Shown here: positions 1 through 8,426 of the stretch, in pieces
How the letters are laid out: every line of letters begins with the position of its first letter
Position numbering within the stretch: the first letter of the stretch is position 1
Virus record (IMG/VR): IMGVR_UViG_3300027815_000080
Span: 17,358 to 81,357 of that record
Reading direction: 5' to 3' (one strand)
Source: a virus
Length of the DNA: 64,000 nucleotides
Position numbers and translations under genes: made by a program
Notes under the pieces: generated by a model
What the model saw: the letters and a program-made list of their open reading frames with translations, nothing else
Database searches by the model: none
Told to the model about the DNA's origin: nothing

Positions 1-1
1 G

Positions 2-124
2 GCCGCCCGGATCAAGCGGGTCTCCCGCCAGGCGATCTGGGTCCGGGTCCAGCGCGGCACCATCCCGCACGTCCGGGTCGGGGAGCGGCTCTACATCCCT
101 CTCGCCGCTCTCCGGGATGCCTGA
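2..124 (+). CDS. Excisionase-like helix-turn-helix protein, 5'-truncated by window edge
   Basis: Own translation AARIKRVSRQAIWVRVQRGTIPHVRVGERLYIPLAALRDA fits the HTH_17/Xis pattern; stop overlaps next ATG. Confidence 0.65.
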   Translation, partial: AARIKRVSRQAIWVRVQRGTIPHVRVGERLYIPLAALRDA

Positions 125-515
125 GCCCCAGCCGCTCTTCAAGATCTTCGTCCCCGGGAAGGTTCGCCGGCAGGACAACGGGCAGCAGGGTAGCTGGCGA
201 GCGAAGGCGGGCTACCGGAAGGCGTGGCAGAATCGAGTCAAGATCCACCTCCTCGTACACCGCCCGCTGATCGGGAAGCTCGACCCGAAGACCCCGAAGA
301 CCATCCGGCTCCTCGCCAACACCTTCAACCTCTTCGACGACGACGGCCTATTCGCCGCACTGAAGCCGATTCCCGATGTTCTGGTCAAGGCCGGGGTCAT
401 CCATTCCGACAAGCCATTCGAGAAGTCCGGCCACCTGATCCTCCGGGGCCAGCGGATCGACCGCCAACAGGAGGGCGTGACCATCGACGTGCGAGAAGGG
501 ATTGACCCGCTATGA
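117..515 (+). CDS. rusA: RusA-like Holliday junction resolvase
   Basis: FDDDGLFAALKPIPDVLVKAGVIHSD matches the RusA D-x-D...K...D-x-L...G-x-I-x-x-D pattern; 132 aa. Confidence 0.65.
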   Translation: MPEPQPLFKIFVPGKVRRQDNGQQGSWRAKAGYRKAWQNRVKIHLLVHRPLIGKLDPKTPKTIRLLANTFNLFDDDGLFAALKPIPDVLVKAGVIHSDKPFEKSGHLILRGQRIDRQQEGVTIDVREGIDPL

Positions 516-1084
516 GCGACGGAGTATTCCTGCCGGGCCAGGGCGGCGGGTTCAAGGCCGCCGAGCAGCCCGAGAAGCTCAAGAATCTGGTCCAGGCCCT
601 CGAGGGCAAGCAACTCGCGGTCCTGCACTACCTGACCGCCGAGGGGCCGACTGGCAGTCGAGGCTTCGGGTTTGAGTTCACCGACGGCGAGCGATGGATG
701 GTCTTCGCCGGCCGATCCGAGGACAGCAAGAAGTACAAGGCGGTGCTGGTCTGGCGCAAGCTGGTGGCCCCGAAGATCTGGACCCCCGGCCGCCGCCGGC
801 ACTTCGGCTCCGGCCGGGACGGCGATACCACCCTCGGCCCGCCGGACGAGCTCCAGCAGCGTCTCGAGGGGCTCATCATCCGCGGCCTCCGCTTCGCCGA
901 GAACCCAACTTCGATGGGCGGCGAAGAACAGGAAGTGGAATGGAGCGACGGGAGCCTCCTGATCCTCGAGGCGCGGGCCATTCGGAAAGTCACCTACCAT
1001 CGGGAGCCAGGCTCCATCGAGATCCTCTCGGCCGACATCCACTACGCCCTGACCTTCCCGCCAGTCAAGCCGCTGATCGTGTGA
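512..1084 (+). CDS. Hypothetical phage protein (190 aa)
   Basis: ATGA overlap with upstream gene, GC3-biased codons. Confidence 0.7.
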   Translation: MSDGVFLPGQGGGFKAAEQPEKLKNLVQALEGKQLAVLHYLTAEGPTGSRGFGFEFTDGERWMVFAGRSEDSKKYKAVLVWRKLVAPKIWTPGRRRHFGSGRDGDTTLGPPDELQQRLEGLIIRGLRFAENPTSMGGEEQEVEWSDGSLLILEARAIRKVTYHREPGSIEILSADIHYALTFPPVKPLIV

Positions 1085-1650
1085 CCAACACACAGATCTA
1101 CTGGCGGGTCTACTATCAGGCCAACGCCGAGAAGATCAAGAAGCGGGCGAGGGAGTGGTACCACGCCAACAGGGATCGTTCGCTCAAGAGCCGCGCGGAG
1201 TGGACTCGTAACAATCCAGAACGCAGCCGGGCGATCAAGACCGCGCACGAAAGGCGACGTGGGGTACAGCCTCGCCGACCAGCGGCAGCGCCAGAGGTAC
1301 TAGCTGAGCGACATCGCCTGAGAACGCGGGCTTGGTGGAGGAGCCCGGATGGCCGCAAATACGCCGCCGCCTACTTCGGGAGCGAGCGCGGTCGGCTAGC
1401 GAGAGCCAACGCCTACGCCAGGCGACGCAGGCAGGCGGCCGGCGGTCATGTAAGGCTGTCTACTTGGCTTCTGATTCTGGTGTCGCAAGGCCGGCGCTGC
1501 TACTACTGCCGCACGAAGTTCAGTGCCGCGATGAAGCCGACCAAAGACCATGTCATCCCGCTCTCAAGGGGCGGTCGCCACGAGGCCAGGAATCTTGTAG
1601 CAGCCTGCCTCTCCTGTAACCTACACAAGTCCGCCAGGATCGTCGCATGA
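1081..1650 (+). CDS. HNH endonuclease
   Basis: CYYC...TKDHVIPLSRGGRHEARNLVAACLSCNLHK; GTG start overlaps upstream stop. Confidence 0.9.
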   Translation: MTNTQIYWRVYYQANAEKIKKRAREWYHANRDRSLKSRAEWTRNNPERSRAIKTAHERRRGVQPRRPAAAPEVLAERHRLRTRAWWRSPDGRKYAAAYFGSERGRLARANAYARRRRQAAGGHVRLSTWLLILVSQGRRCYYCRTKFSAAMKPTKDHVIPLSRGGRHEARNLVAACLSCNLHKSARIVA

Positions 1651-1988
1651 GGCCCGCCGGCGAAATAGTCGGGCGGATCTGGTTCTATCGCATGAAGGGC
1701 ATGCTCTATATCGAGGCCGCTAGGCAGTGGGTACTCCCCGTGATGGGGGGGACGGCGGCGGCCAAGTATCTCGGGGTGCCCCTGAAATACGCAATCCCTG
1801 CGTGGATCTGTCTGGCCGTCGTGGCCGAGTGCACCGCTGTCCTCATCGGGTGGCTGGAGCGCAGGAGCGGAGCCACGGCTGCCAATTATGAGCTCTCCAA
1901 GATCACCGATCCCTACAAGACCGAGTCCGTCGCCGAGCTCCGGAAGATCAGGGAGACCCTCGAGTCCAGGCTCCCGGCCGACCCCTAA
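1647..1988 (+). CDS. Small membrane protein
   Basis: Two hydrophobic segments; ATGA overlap. Confidence 0.6.
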   Translation: MRPAGEIVGRIWFYRMKGMLYIEAARQWVLPVMGGTAAAKYLGVPLKYAIPAWICLAVVAECTAVLIGWLERRSGATAANYELSKITDPYKTESVAELRKIRETLESRLPADP

Positions 1989-2009
1989 AAACCCGCCCAG
2001 AAATTCCGC

Positions 2010-2038
2010 TTGACAGTCTGTCAACCCAATGGCATTCT
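2010..2038 (+). promoter_or_regulatory. Sigma70-like promoter with -35 inside a perfect inverted repeat
   Basis: TTGACA-N17-CATTCT; TTGACagtctGTCAA at 2010-2024. Confidence 0.7.
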
Positions 2039-2074
2039 GACAATGCGATGAGAAACACCGGCAAGGAGGCCACG

Positions 2075-2236
2075 ATGAACAAAGGAATCGAGGAAGTTCT
2101 CGCCGATCCGACCGTCCACAACCTGACCAAGGACACGCTGCGCGCCGCCCTGGGCAAGGACATCGTGGACGCCTACTTCGATGTGCAGTTGGCGGCCGAC
2201 CTCCTGAAGGATCGGATGGATCGGGAGTTCCGGTGA
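2075..2236 (+). CDS. Small hypothetical protein
   Basis: AAGGAGG SD before ATG 2075. Confidence 0.7.
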   Translation: MNKGIEEVLADPTVHNLTKDTLRAALGKDIVDAYFDVQLAADLLKDRMDREFR

Positions 2237-2321
2237 TGCTCGCCCGGATCGCCGGCAACCTGATGATGCTCGTGGTGACCATGGCTCTGTGCGCGGTGTA
2301 CGCCACCACGCGGAGAGCCTG

Positions 2322-2462
2322 ATGGAGCGCCACCCGGAACTGGAGCCGACCCCGCGACTGACCCAAGTTCTCGGCATCCTCTGCGCCGCCGGGATCTTGG
2401 TCGTCGTCGTCGTCGTCATGGGGATCTTCGGCCTGTCCTTCGGGGAGTGCCCGCGATGCTGA
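2322..2462 (+). CDS. Small single-pass membrane protein (46 aa)
   Basis: MERHPELEPTPRLTQVLGILCAAGILVVVVVVMGIFGLSFGECPRC; TGATG coupling; not in ORF track. Confidence 0.55.
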   Translation: MERHPELEPTPRLTQVLGILCAAGILVVVVVVMGIFGLSFGECPRC

Positions 2463-2764
2463 GGCGGATCTACCATGGTAGAGGGCCGCTGATGAAGCCC
2501 GCCGGGGAGCGCCTGCCTATCACAGCGCTTGTAATAATCGCGGCCATGCTCGCGGTCTACGTGACGCACCAGGCCCCGCCCCAGCTGGGCGCGGCGGAGA
2601 TCCTGCGCGACGGGCCGAGCCCGGCCGCGCCGTACCGGAAGCCCGACCTCGCTGATCTTCTGGCGGGGCGGGCCTGCATTCCCATGTCGGTGTTGCTGGC
2701 GAATAGAGCACAGGACCCGATCCACAGTTACTCAAGACCCATCGCCTGCGGAGGAACTCAATGA
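2456..2764 (+). CDS. Membrane-anchored hypothetical protein
   Basis: Hydrophobic ITALVIIAAMLAVYV; start uncertain. Confidence 0.5.
   Translation: MLRRIYHGRGPLMKPAGERLPITALVIIAAMLAVYVTHQAPPQLGAAEILRDGPSPAAPYRKPDLADLLAGRACIPMSVLLANRAQDPIHSYSRPIACGGTQ
2469..2482. repeat. 14-bp palindrome TCTACCATGGTAGA, copy 1 of 6
   Basis: Read directly; other copies at 3125, 3162 (12-bp core), 15480, 16265, 21577. Confidence 0.9.
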
Positions 2765-3120
2765 AGAGACTGAGACTCATCACCATCACCGTCATCATCC
2801 TCGCCGTCCTCGCGTTCTTCTGGGCCAGCGCGTCCACTGCGTCGGCCGGCTACATCGACGAGCTCACCCTCGCCGAGATCAACGGCCCGAAGATCAGCGA
2901 CTCGTTCCGCAGCGGGGTCCTCGCCGGGGTCCTGCATGCAGTCCTCGCGGCGAAGTCCATCACCTGTCCGATGATGTCGCCCAACATGCTGAAGGCCGGC
3001 CTCGAGAGTGCCCTCTTGGCCCGGGAGATCACACCGGACTGGACGGTCTTCCATGCCAGCCTCTACGTGATGGTGCAGGCGGGGTGCGCGGCGCCGGCGA
3101 CGGAGAAGCCCAATGTCTGA
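2761..3120 (+). CDS. Secreted hypothetical protein
   Basis: Signal peptide MKRLRLITITVIILAVLAFFWASASTASA. Confidence 0.7.
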   Translation: MKRLRLITITVIILAVLAFFWASASTASAGYIDELTLAEINGPKISDSFRSGVLAGVLHAVLAAKSITCPMMSPNMLKAGLESALLAREITPDWTVFHASLYVMVQAGCAAPATEKPNV

Positions 3121-3370
3121 ACCCTCTACCATGGTAGATCGCCGAGATCATCGCAGCCAACCTACCATGGTAGAAGCCCCGGAACCGGGTGGGATCGGCG
3201 GGTGTGCGACCGGGGTGGCGATCGGCTCGCTCATGTGGAACGGCATCTTCCTCGGGTGTTCGGCCCTCGGCCTGATGCCGGGGGAGTGGGCGTGGCTCGG
3301 GATCAAGACGACCTACGCGCTGGCGGGGTTCTGGTGCCTGGCCATGTTCGGGATCGGAGCGCGGTGGTGA
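3113..3370 (+). CDS. Small membrane protein
   Basis: Two hydrophobic C-terminal segments; overlaps both neighbours. Confidence 0.6.
   Translation: MSEPSTMVDRRDHRSQPTMVEAPEPGGIGGCATGVAIGSLMWNGIFLGCSALGLMPGEWAWLGIKTTYALAGFWCLAMFGIGARW
3125..3173. repeat. Two tandem copies of the CTACCATGGTAG palindrome
   Basis: TCTACCATGGTAGA 3125-3138 and CTACCATGGTAG 3162-3173. Confidence 0.9.
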
Positions 3371-3666
3371 GCGGCCGCGGCCTCGGGCTCGCGCTGCTCG
3401 CGCTCAGTCTGGGCGGCTGCATCACCAGTGAAGACGCCGCCAGGTACGCCCGGGCGGATGCAGCCCTACGGCAGGACTCAGCCTTCGTGCGGGCCTACAA
3501 CGCCTGTGTCCGCTCTGACGGTTTTGCTCACGACGGCATCTTCGGGAACTTCGGCTTGAGGCTGGACAACTACACCTCGTTCTTCCAGTGTATGGAGCGG
3601 GCTGGCTGGGTCCAGTCGCCCCGCTGGAACCCCGCAGCGATAGGGCGCTACGAGCGGCGGCCGTGA
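3367..3666 (+). CDS. Putative lipoprotein
   Basis: Lipobox-like LLALSLGG-C; GTGA overlap. Confidence 0.65.
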   Translation: MSGRGLGLALLALSLGGCITSEDAARYARADAALRQDSAFVRAYNACVRSDGFAHDGIFGNFGLRLDNYTSFFQCMERAGWVQSPRWNPAAIGRYERRP

Positions 3667-3878
3667 ACGACCTCAGCCGGATGATCGACCGGATGAAGCG
3701 GGCCGACGCCGAGGCCAACCCAGTCAAGGCCCTCAAGATCCTCATGGGCTGGACGTGCGGGACATGCGGCAAGGACTTCGACCCGGGCAACGCGGGGCCG
3801 ATGCTCGGGGTGCGCCTGACCCTCGGCCTCCCGATCCTCTGTCCGGAGTGCGCCGCCCCAGGGGCAGAAGTGACATGA
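3663..3878 (+). CDS. Small zinc-ribbon protein
   Basis: CGTC...CPEC; GTGA overlap. Confidence 0.55.
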   Translation: MNDLSRMIDRMKRADAEANPVKALKILMGWTCGTCGKDFDPGNAGPMLGVRLTLGLPILCPECAAPGAEVT

Positions 3879-4258
3879 CAGGGAAGCCCGGTCGGAGCGG
3901 CGGGTGGCGCCGCGTGAACAAGCCGAAGCCGCAGCCCGAGATGCTCTTCGTCGGCACGCCGGCCCCGCCCACGGTCTGCCTCCGGGAGCGGTGCGGCCAG
4001 CCCGTGACGATCCACCGCTCTTCGGACTTGATGGCGCCGGCCACCTGGTCCTGTGTGGTCGGCCACGGGGGCGTCGTCAACGTCAAGCCCGAGATCAGGC
4101 AAGAGCCGAACCAGATCCCGAAGGGCACGTGCCAGCGGTGCGGGATAGCCCCAGTCCCGGCCAAGCGCCGGCGTGGCGGGGTCCGCGGCGGCTACTGCGA
4201 TGACTGCATCGAGCAGGGCCGGCGACTCTTCGCCGAGGAGACGGAGACCGTGAGATGA
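3875..4258 (+). CDS. Cys-rich zinc-binding hypothetical protein
   Basis: CLRERC, CQRC, CDDC; basic N-terminus GKPGRSGG. Confidence 0.6.
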   Translation: MTGKPGRSGGWRRVNKPKPQPEMLFVGTPAPPTVCLRERCGQPVTIHRSSDLMAPATWSCVVGHGGVVNVKPEIRQEPNQIPKGTCQRCGIAPVPAKRRRGGVRGGYCDDCIEQGRRLFAEETETVR

Positions 4259-4410
4259 AACGACTACTCGTGACCGCGTTCCTGCTTGTCCTGTGCTGTT
4301 GCCGGAGCGTTGGCGGCGGCACGTGCTGCGCTGAGGCGTCCTACTGTGGCGGGCTGGTCCGGGGGTGTCTCTGCGACTTCGGTCTCGCCTGCGAGGTGTC
4401 CGCGCCATGA
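4255..4410 (+). CDS. Secreted cysteine-rich peptide (51 aa, 9 Cys)
   Basis: MKRLLVTAFLLVLCCCRSVGGGTCCAEASYCGGLVRGCLCDFGLACEVSAP; ATGA overlaps at both ends; not in ORF track. Confidence 0.65.
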   Translation: MKRLLVTAFLLVLCCCRSVGGGTCCAEASYCGGLVRGCLCDFGLACEVSAP

Positions 4411-4649
4411 AGGACAGCATTCTCGCCTATGTGCCCCAGGCGGACCTGGGGCCGTCCTTCTGGCGGTTCTGGGGCGGGGTGTTCATCGTCCAGGTTCCTG
4501 AAGACGTGAAGCGCCGGCTGGCCATCGCCAAGGCGGCGCACGGGATCGCGCACCAGCTGGCCCCGCTCGAGCCGGAGGCCAACCGCGAGATTCTCTACCG
4601 GGTCGCCGAGATCCTCGGCGTCCTCAACGACAAGGAGGTGAAGCCGTGA
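4407..4649 (+). CDS. Hypothetical protein
   Basis: ATGA overlap; GC3 bias. Confidence 0.6.
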   Translation: MKDSILAYVPQADLGPSFWRFWGGVFIVQVPEDVKRRLAIAKAAHGIAHQLAPLEPEANREILYRVAEILGVLNDKEVKP

Positions 4650-4852
4650 AGATCGACCACAAGGCCGAGGCCCTGCGGGCCCTGGACGAATCCATCGAGA
4701 CCGTCAACGCCATTGCGAGCGGTAAGGAGTTAGCCCCGCTCGAGTGGATCAAGCTCGGGGCGGTCATGGGATACGCCCGGGCCAACATCGAGAAGATCCA
4801 GGAGCTCAAGCGGATCCGGAAGCCGCAGTCGCAGGACCCCGTCAAGCCGTAA
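4646..4852 (+). CDS. Hypothetical protein
   Basis: GGAGG SD, GTGA overlap. Confidence 0.65.
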   Translation: MKIDHKAEALRALDESIETVNAIASGKELAPLEWIKLGAVMGYARANIEKIQELKRIRKPQSQDPVKP

Positions 4853-4912
4853 GGCGGCGGGCAGTAGGACGGCGGCAACCCCGCCGAAAATCAACGGAGG
4901 AGAGAGTACAAC

Positions 4913-5542
4913 ATGCTGAAGAAGATGCTGGTGATGATGTGCGCGCTCGTATTCGCGCTGGGCCCCGTCATGGTCCAGGCTGCCCCACCCGGTGATGGCG
5001 CTCCTGGTAATTCTGGCGGCGGAGGAAACAGTGGCGGCGGAACGGGTGACGGAACCGGGAACAGCGGCAACGGCGGCAACGGAGGCGGGAACGGAGTCGG
5101 CGGTGGCGATGGCTCCGGTGGTGGTAACGGCGGCGGCAACGGTGGCGGCAACGGTGGCGGCAACGGTGGCGGCAACGGTGGCGGCAACGGTGGAGACGGG
5201 GGCCCAGGCGGCGGACCTACTGGCGGCGGCGGGAGCGCTTCTGATGGTGGATCGCCCGCTGGCGGCGATGGTGGAAATGCTGGCGACGGTGGGAGTCCAG
5301 GTGGTGGCGCGCCAGAGCCTACGGTTGGGCAGGGCGACAAGACGCGCGATATCTACGCTGACTTCAAGGCGTGCGCGAAGCTACATGACCAGTTGACGAT
5401 GGTCCGCGGCAACGGCTCGTTCTCATTCGAGGCGACCGACGCGGTGGACGCCCAACATCTCCGGTCCTGTCTGTCGAAGCGCGGCTACCGCTTCCTGTAC
5501 TACACTGAGGAACCGCCGACGAATTTCGGCGACCGGAAGTAA
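4913..5542 (+). CDS. Secreted Gly/Asn-rich repeat protein
   Basis: GGAGG SD, signal peptide ending VMVQA, long GGN-rich tract, C-terminal two-Cys domain. Confidence 0.75.
   Translation: MLKKMLVMMCALVFALGPVMVQAAPPGDGAPGNSGGGGNSGGGTGDGTGNSGNGGNGGGNGVGGGDGSGGGNGGGNGGGNGGGNGGGNGGGNGGDGGPGGGPTGGGGSASDGGSPAGGDGGNAGDGGSPGGGAPEPTVGQGDKTRDIYADFKACAKLHDQLTMVRGNGSFSFEATDAVDAQHLRSCLSKRGYRFLYYTEEPPTNFGDRK
5120..5191 (+). repeat. 12-bp tandem repeat GGCGGCAACGGT (GGNG), 5 perfect copies plus 1 degenerate
   Basis: Perfect copies at 5132-5191. Confidence 0.9.
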
Positions 5543-5561
5543 GACCGGATCCACAAGGGAG

Positions 5562-5585
5562 GCGGGGGCCTTAACGGGCCCCCGC
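5562..5585 (+). terminator. GC-rich hairpin after the Gly-rich gene
   Basis: GCGGGGGCC-ttaacg-GGCCCCCGC; no clear U-tract. Confidence 0.35.
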
Positions 5586-5593
5586 TCAACTAC

Positions 5594-5914
5594 ATGCAGA
5601 AGCTCGGCGCTCCGATGCTCGAGGGGGAGTTCCTCGCCGAGCTCCGCGCCCTCCGGCTCGAGTGGCACCTCAACGGCCAGCAGGTCCGCACCTATCAGCG
5701 GATCGACGGCTGGCTCCGCGAGGTCTGCCCGCTCTGCGCGGTCGCCAACCGGATCCATGGTGGGACGCTGACCGTGCAAGCGATGCCTGCGGCCTGGACC
5801 CTCGGGGTCCCGTCCGACGTGGCCGTCGAGATCATGGGGGCGGCCGACACCCTGAAGGGCTACGATCATGGTGTGCGAGACCGGTTGCTCAAGGCGTGCG
5901 GAGTGAAGGCGTGA
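5594..5914 (+). CDS. Hypothetical protein with CPLC motif
   Basis: ORF track, GC3 bias. Confidence 0.6.
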   Translation: MQKLGAPMLEGEFLAELRALRLEWHLNGQQVRTYQRIDGWLREVCPLCAVANRIHGGTLTVQAMPAAWTLGVPSDVAVEIMGAADTLKGYDHGVRDRLLKACGVKA

Positions 5915-6060
5915 ACGACCACGACCCGAACGAGCCGATCTCCGTCATGCGCGTGGTCGAGTTCGCCGTGGCCGTCCTCGTCCTCGCCGTCCTCGGCTGG
6001 GCCTGGGTCTACAACTGGTTCAGTGGGAGTCTGCTCGCCAAGTTCTTGTACGGGGGTTGA
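5911..6060 (+). CDS. Small membrane protein
   Basis: Hydrophobic FAVAVLVLAVLGWAWV; GTGA overlap. Confidence 0.55.
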   Translation: MNDHDPNEPISVMRVVEFAVAVLVLAVLGWAWVYNWFSGSLLAKFLYGG

Positions 6061-6086
6061 CGCGGAGTCATGCCGTCCGCTAAACT
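6057..6086 (+). promoter_or_regulatory. Sigma70-like promoter of the TTGAC-N5-GTCAA class
   Basis: TTGACG-N18-TAAACT; TTGACgcggaGTCAt. Confidence 0.55.
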
Positions 6087-6094
6087 TTCTAAAC

Positions 6095-6418
6095 ATGTCA
6101 CTACGCTCAGCACTTCAGGAGCGCGCCTGGAAACGGGCAAACCCAGGGAAGGTTGCCGCTCAAGGCGCCAGGAAACGGTCGAGGGCCAGGGAGTTGATCG
6201 CGGCAGGTAAGGCATACCCATGCGCTGACTGCGGCAAGCAATATCCGTCCTGTGTGATGGACTACGACCACCGCGATCCAGCGCAGAAGCTGTTCAATAT
6301 CGGCACGCATGGGCATCATCACCTGCGGCTTCTGGCCGCTGAGATCGAGAAGTGCGACGTCGTTTGCGCTAATTGCCATCGGGAAAGGACATACGCATGG
6401 ACGACACCGGCCCGGTAG
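6095..6418 (+). CDS. HNH endonuclease
   Basis: CADC...MDYDHRDP...EIEKCDVVCANCHRERT. Confidence 0.85.
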   Translation: MSLRSALQERAWKRANPGKVAAQGARKRSRARELIAAGKAYPCADCGKQYPSCVMDYDHRDPAQKLFNIGTHGHHHLRLLAAEIEKCDVVCANCHRERTYAWTTPAR

Positions 6419-6876
6419 AGGTAGACGGTCCCTCGACGCGGCGCAGGGGGCCGAACAAGCTGACCAGCCAGTCAAAGATGGCCATAAGGGACGCGAGGGA
6501 CTTCTTCCAGAAGGCGACCATCTACAACCCGAAGTGGCGCTGGCGGACCTTCATGGCCATCCAGGATGGGACCATCAACCCCACGCTCGAGCGGGCCGCG
6601 CTGGAGATCGCACGGTTCTTCCCGAAGGGCGGCAAGGTGGACGACTTGACCGAGGCGATGCGCGGCATGACCATACTCCTCCGGAAGTCGCTCTCCGAGG
6701 ATCCGCTGGCCGAGCCGAAGAAGGTCGGCGAGTCGTCCACGGTGATCGAGCATCCGGCGCAGGAGCCGCCAGTGCCGGCCGCCCTGCCGCCCCGCTCCTC
6801 CATCGTCCCGCCCGCCCGGCCGAAACGGACGCAGGGCAAGGCGACCCTGAAGCCAGGGGAAGAGGAGCTCACCTGA
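6397..6876 (+). CDS. terS: Probable terminase small subunit
   Basis: N-terminal RRRGPNKLT resembles the GRPKG-x-x-NK-x-T TerS motif; lies upstream of TerL; GAAAGGA SD. Confidence 0.5.
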   Translation: MDDTGPVEVDGPSTRRRGPNKLTSQSKMAIRDARDFFQKATIYNPKWRWRTFMAIQDGTINPTLERAALEIARFFPKGGKVDDLTEAMRGMTILLRKSLSEDPLAEPKKVGESSTVIEHPAQEPPVPAALPPRSSIVPPARPKRTQGKATLKPGEEELT

Positions 6877-7061
6877 TGGCCCGAGGACCCCGGCATCACG
6901 ACCGCAAGAAGGCCACCTGCCCACGCTGTCACGGTGAGCTCGTCGAGGTGACCGGTCCGCTGGTGGAGGTGAAGGGGATCGACAAGGCGCCCGCCCGGTG
7001 TCTCGCCTGTCTGCACACGTGGCTCTCGGAGAACCGGGCGATCCTGGCCCTCCTCGCCTGA
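6876..7061 (+). CDS. Small zinc-ribbon protein
   Basis: CPRC...CLAC; TGATG coupling. Confidence 0.6.
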   Translation: MARGPRHHDRKKATCPRCHGELVEVTGPLVEVKGIDKAPARCLACLHTWLSENRAILALLA

Positions 7062-8110
7062 TGGGCGACCGGAGCGCGATCCACTGGACCGACGCGACGT
7101 GGAATTGTTTGGTGGGATGCTCGCGCGTCTCGGCCGGCTGCGTCAACTGTTACGCCGAGCGTCTCGTCCACCGTGGCCTCTCAGCGCAGCATCGCGGCTT
7201 GACCAAGATCGTGAACGGGGCACCGCACTGGACCGGCGAGGTGCGCCTGGTCGAGTCCGCGCTCGACCTGCCGCTCCGGTGGAAGAAGCCGAGGCGCATC
7301 TTCGTCAACAGCCTCTCCGACCTGTTCCACGAGAAGGTGCCGGACGACTGGCTGGCGCAGATCTTCGCGGTCATGTGGCTGTCCCCACGCCACACCTTCC
7401 AGGTTCTAACCAAGCGGCCCGAGCGAGCTCTCGAGGTCTTGAGCAAGCCAACCTTCGAGATGTTCGTCCAGATGGCCGGGGAATCGCTTGGCAGGAAGAA
7501 CGCGCCCGACTTCCTGACGTGGCAGTCCATGACCAAGATGGAGTGGAGGTGGCCCCTCCCGAACGTCTGGCTCGGCGTCTCGGTCGAGGACCAGGCGACG
7601 GCCGACGAGCGGATCCCGCTCCTGCTCCAGACCCCGGCCGCGGTGCGGTGGGTGAGTTACGAGCCCGCGCTCGGGCCGGTGGACTTCTTGTCGCAGTGGC
7701 ACGACTGGTTAGCAGGTTGGACGACGGAAACAGAAGCAGACCCGCGTGACGGGACGCCGATGCCTGTCCAAGTGCAGACGGAGCGGCTCAACTGGCTCGT
7801 AGTCGGCGGCGAGAGTGGCCCAGGCGCTCGCCCCTTCGACCTCGCCTGGGCCCGCCAGACCATCGCGCAGGGCCGGGCGACCGGGGTGCCGGTGTTCCTG
7901 AAACAGGTCGGCGCCTATCCGATTCTCCAGGACACGCTCATTGAGATCTGCCATCAGGACTGGCCAGCTAGTCGTCAGTGCGGATACGGCTGGCTCCAGG
8001 CGCTCGACAATGTCCGTGAGACAGGCCACCGGGCGCTCCTCAAGGATCGCAAGGGCGGCGACCCCGCCGAGTGGCCCGCCGATCTGAGGGTCCGGGAGTA
8101 CCCCAAATAA
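7061..8110 (+). CDS. Phage Gp37/Gp68 family (DUF5131) radical-SAM-like protein
   Basis: WTDATWN..GCSRVSAGCVNCYAE, RIFVNSLSDLFHE, HTFQVLTKRPER, WLGVSVEDQ, SYEPALGP, WLVVGGESGPGARP. Confidence 0.92.
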   Translation: MGDRSAIHWTDATWNCLVGCSRVSAGCVNCYAERLVHRGLSAQHRGLTKIVNGAPHWTGEVRLVESALDLPLRWKKPRRIFVNSLSDLFHEKVPDDWLAQIFAVMWLSPRHTFQVLTKRPERALEVLSKPTFEMFVQMAGESLGRKNAPDFLTWQSMTKMEWRWPLPNVWLGVSVEDQATADERIPLLLQTPAAVRWVSYEPALGPVDFLSQWHDWLAGWTTETEADPRDGTPMPVQVQTERLNWLVVGGESGPGARPFDLAWARQTIAQGRATGVPVFLKQVGAYPILQDTLIEICHQDWPASRQCGYGWLQALDNVRETGHRALLKDRKGGDPAEWPADLRVREYPK

Positions 8111-8113
8111 GGA

Positions 8114-8142
8114 TTGACAGGGCGTCAACGCAGCCGTAGGAT
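8114..8142 (+). promoter_or_regulatory. Sigma70-like promoter upstream of the TerL unit with perfect inverted repeat
   Basis: TTGACA-N17-TAGGAT; TTGACagggcGTCAA. Confidence 0.8.
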
Positions 8143-8159
8143 CACGGCCAAGGGAGCCC

Positions 8160-8426
8160 ATGGACACCCCCAACCCGAAGCCGCCCGTTGAGCCCGAGGT
8201 CGAGGACCGCATCCCGCTCGAGCCGGAGCAGTTGCAGCGGGCGCTCGAGAACCAGATCGTCGGCCAGCCGGTGGCCCGCGTGGTGTGCTTCCGCTCCACG
8301 AAGGACCAACGCGAGCGGTATGCCGTGGTCCTGGAGAACGGGGCCTGCCTGCTCTTCGCGCCGGACGGCCAGAACCTCGTGATGACGCTGATCCAGAACG
8401 TACAGAACGTACAAGAAGAGGGCTGA
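8160..8426 (+). CDS. Hypothetical protein
   Basis: GGAG SD; stop coupled to TerL start. Confidence 0.7.
   Translation: MDTPNPKPPVEPEVEDRIPLEPEQLQRALENQIVGQPVARVVCFRSTKDQRERYAVVLENGACLLFAPDGQNLVMTLIQNVQNVQEEG

Noticed and set aside
2402-2417. (GTC)n microsatellite as a phase-variation site
   Set aside because: In-frame poly-Val in a TM helix; a triplet unit would not shift frame
8285-8425. Upstream extension of TerL (and 6998-7060 for DUF5131, 30428-30451 for portal)
   Set aside because: Overlaps well-supported upstream genes; coupled starts at 8426, 7061 and 30452 fit better
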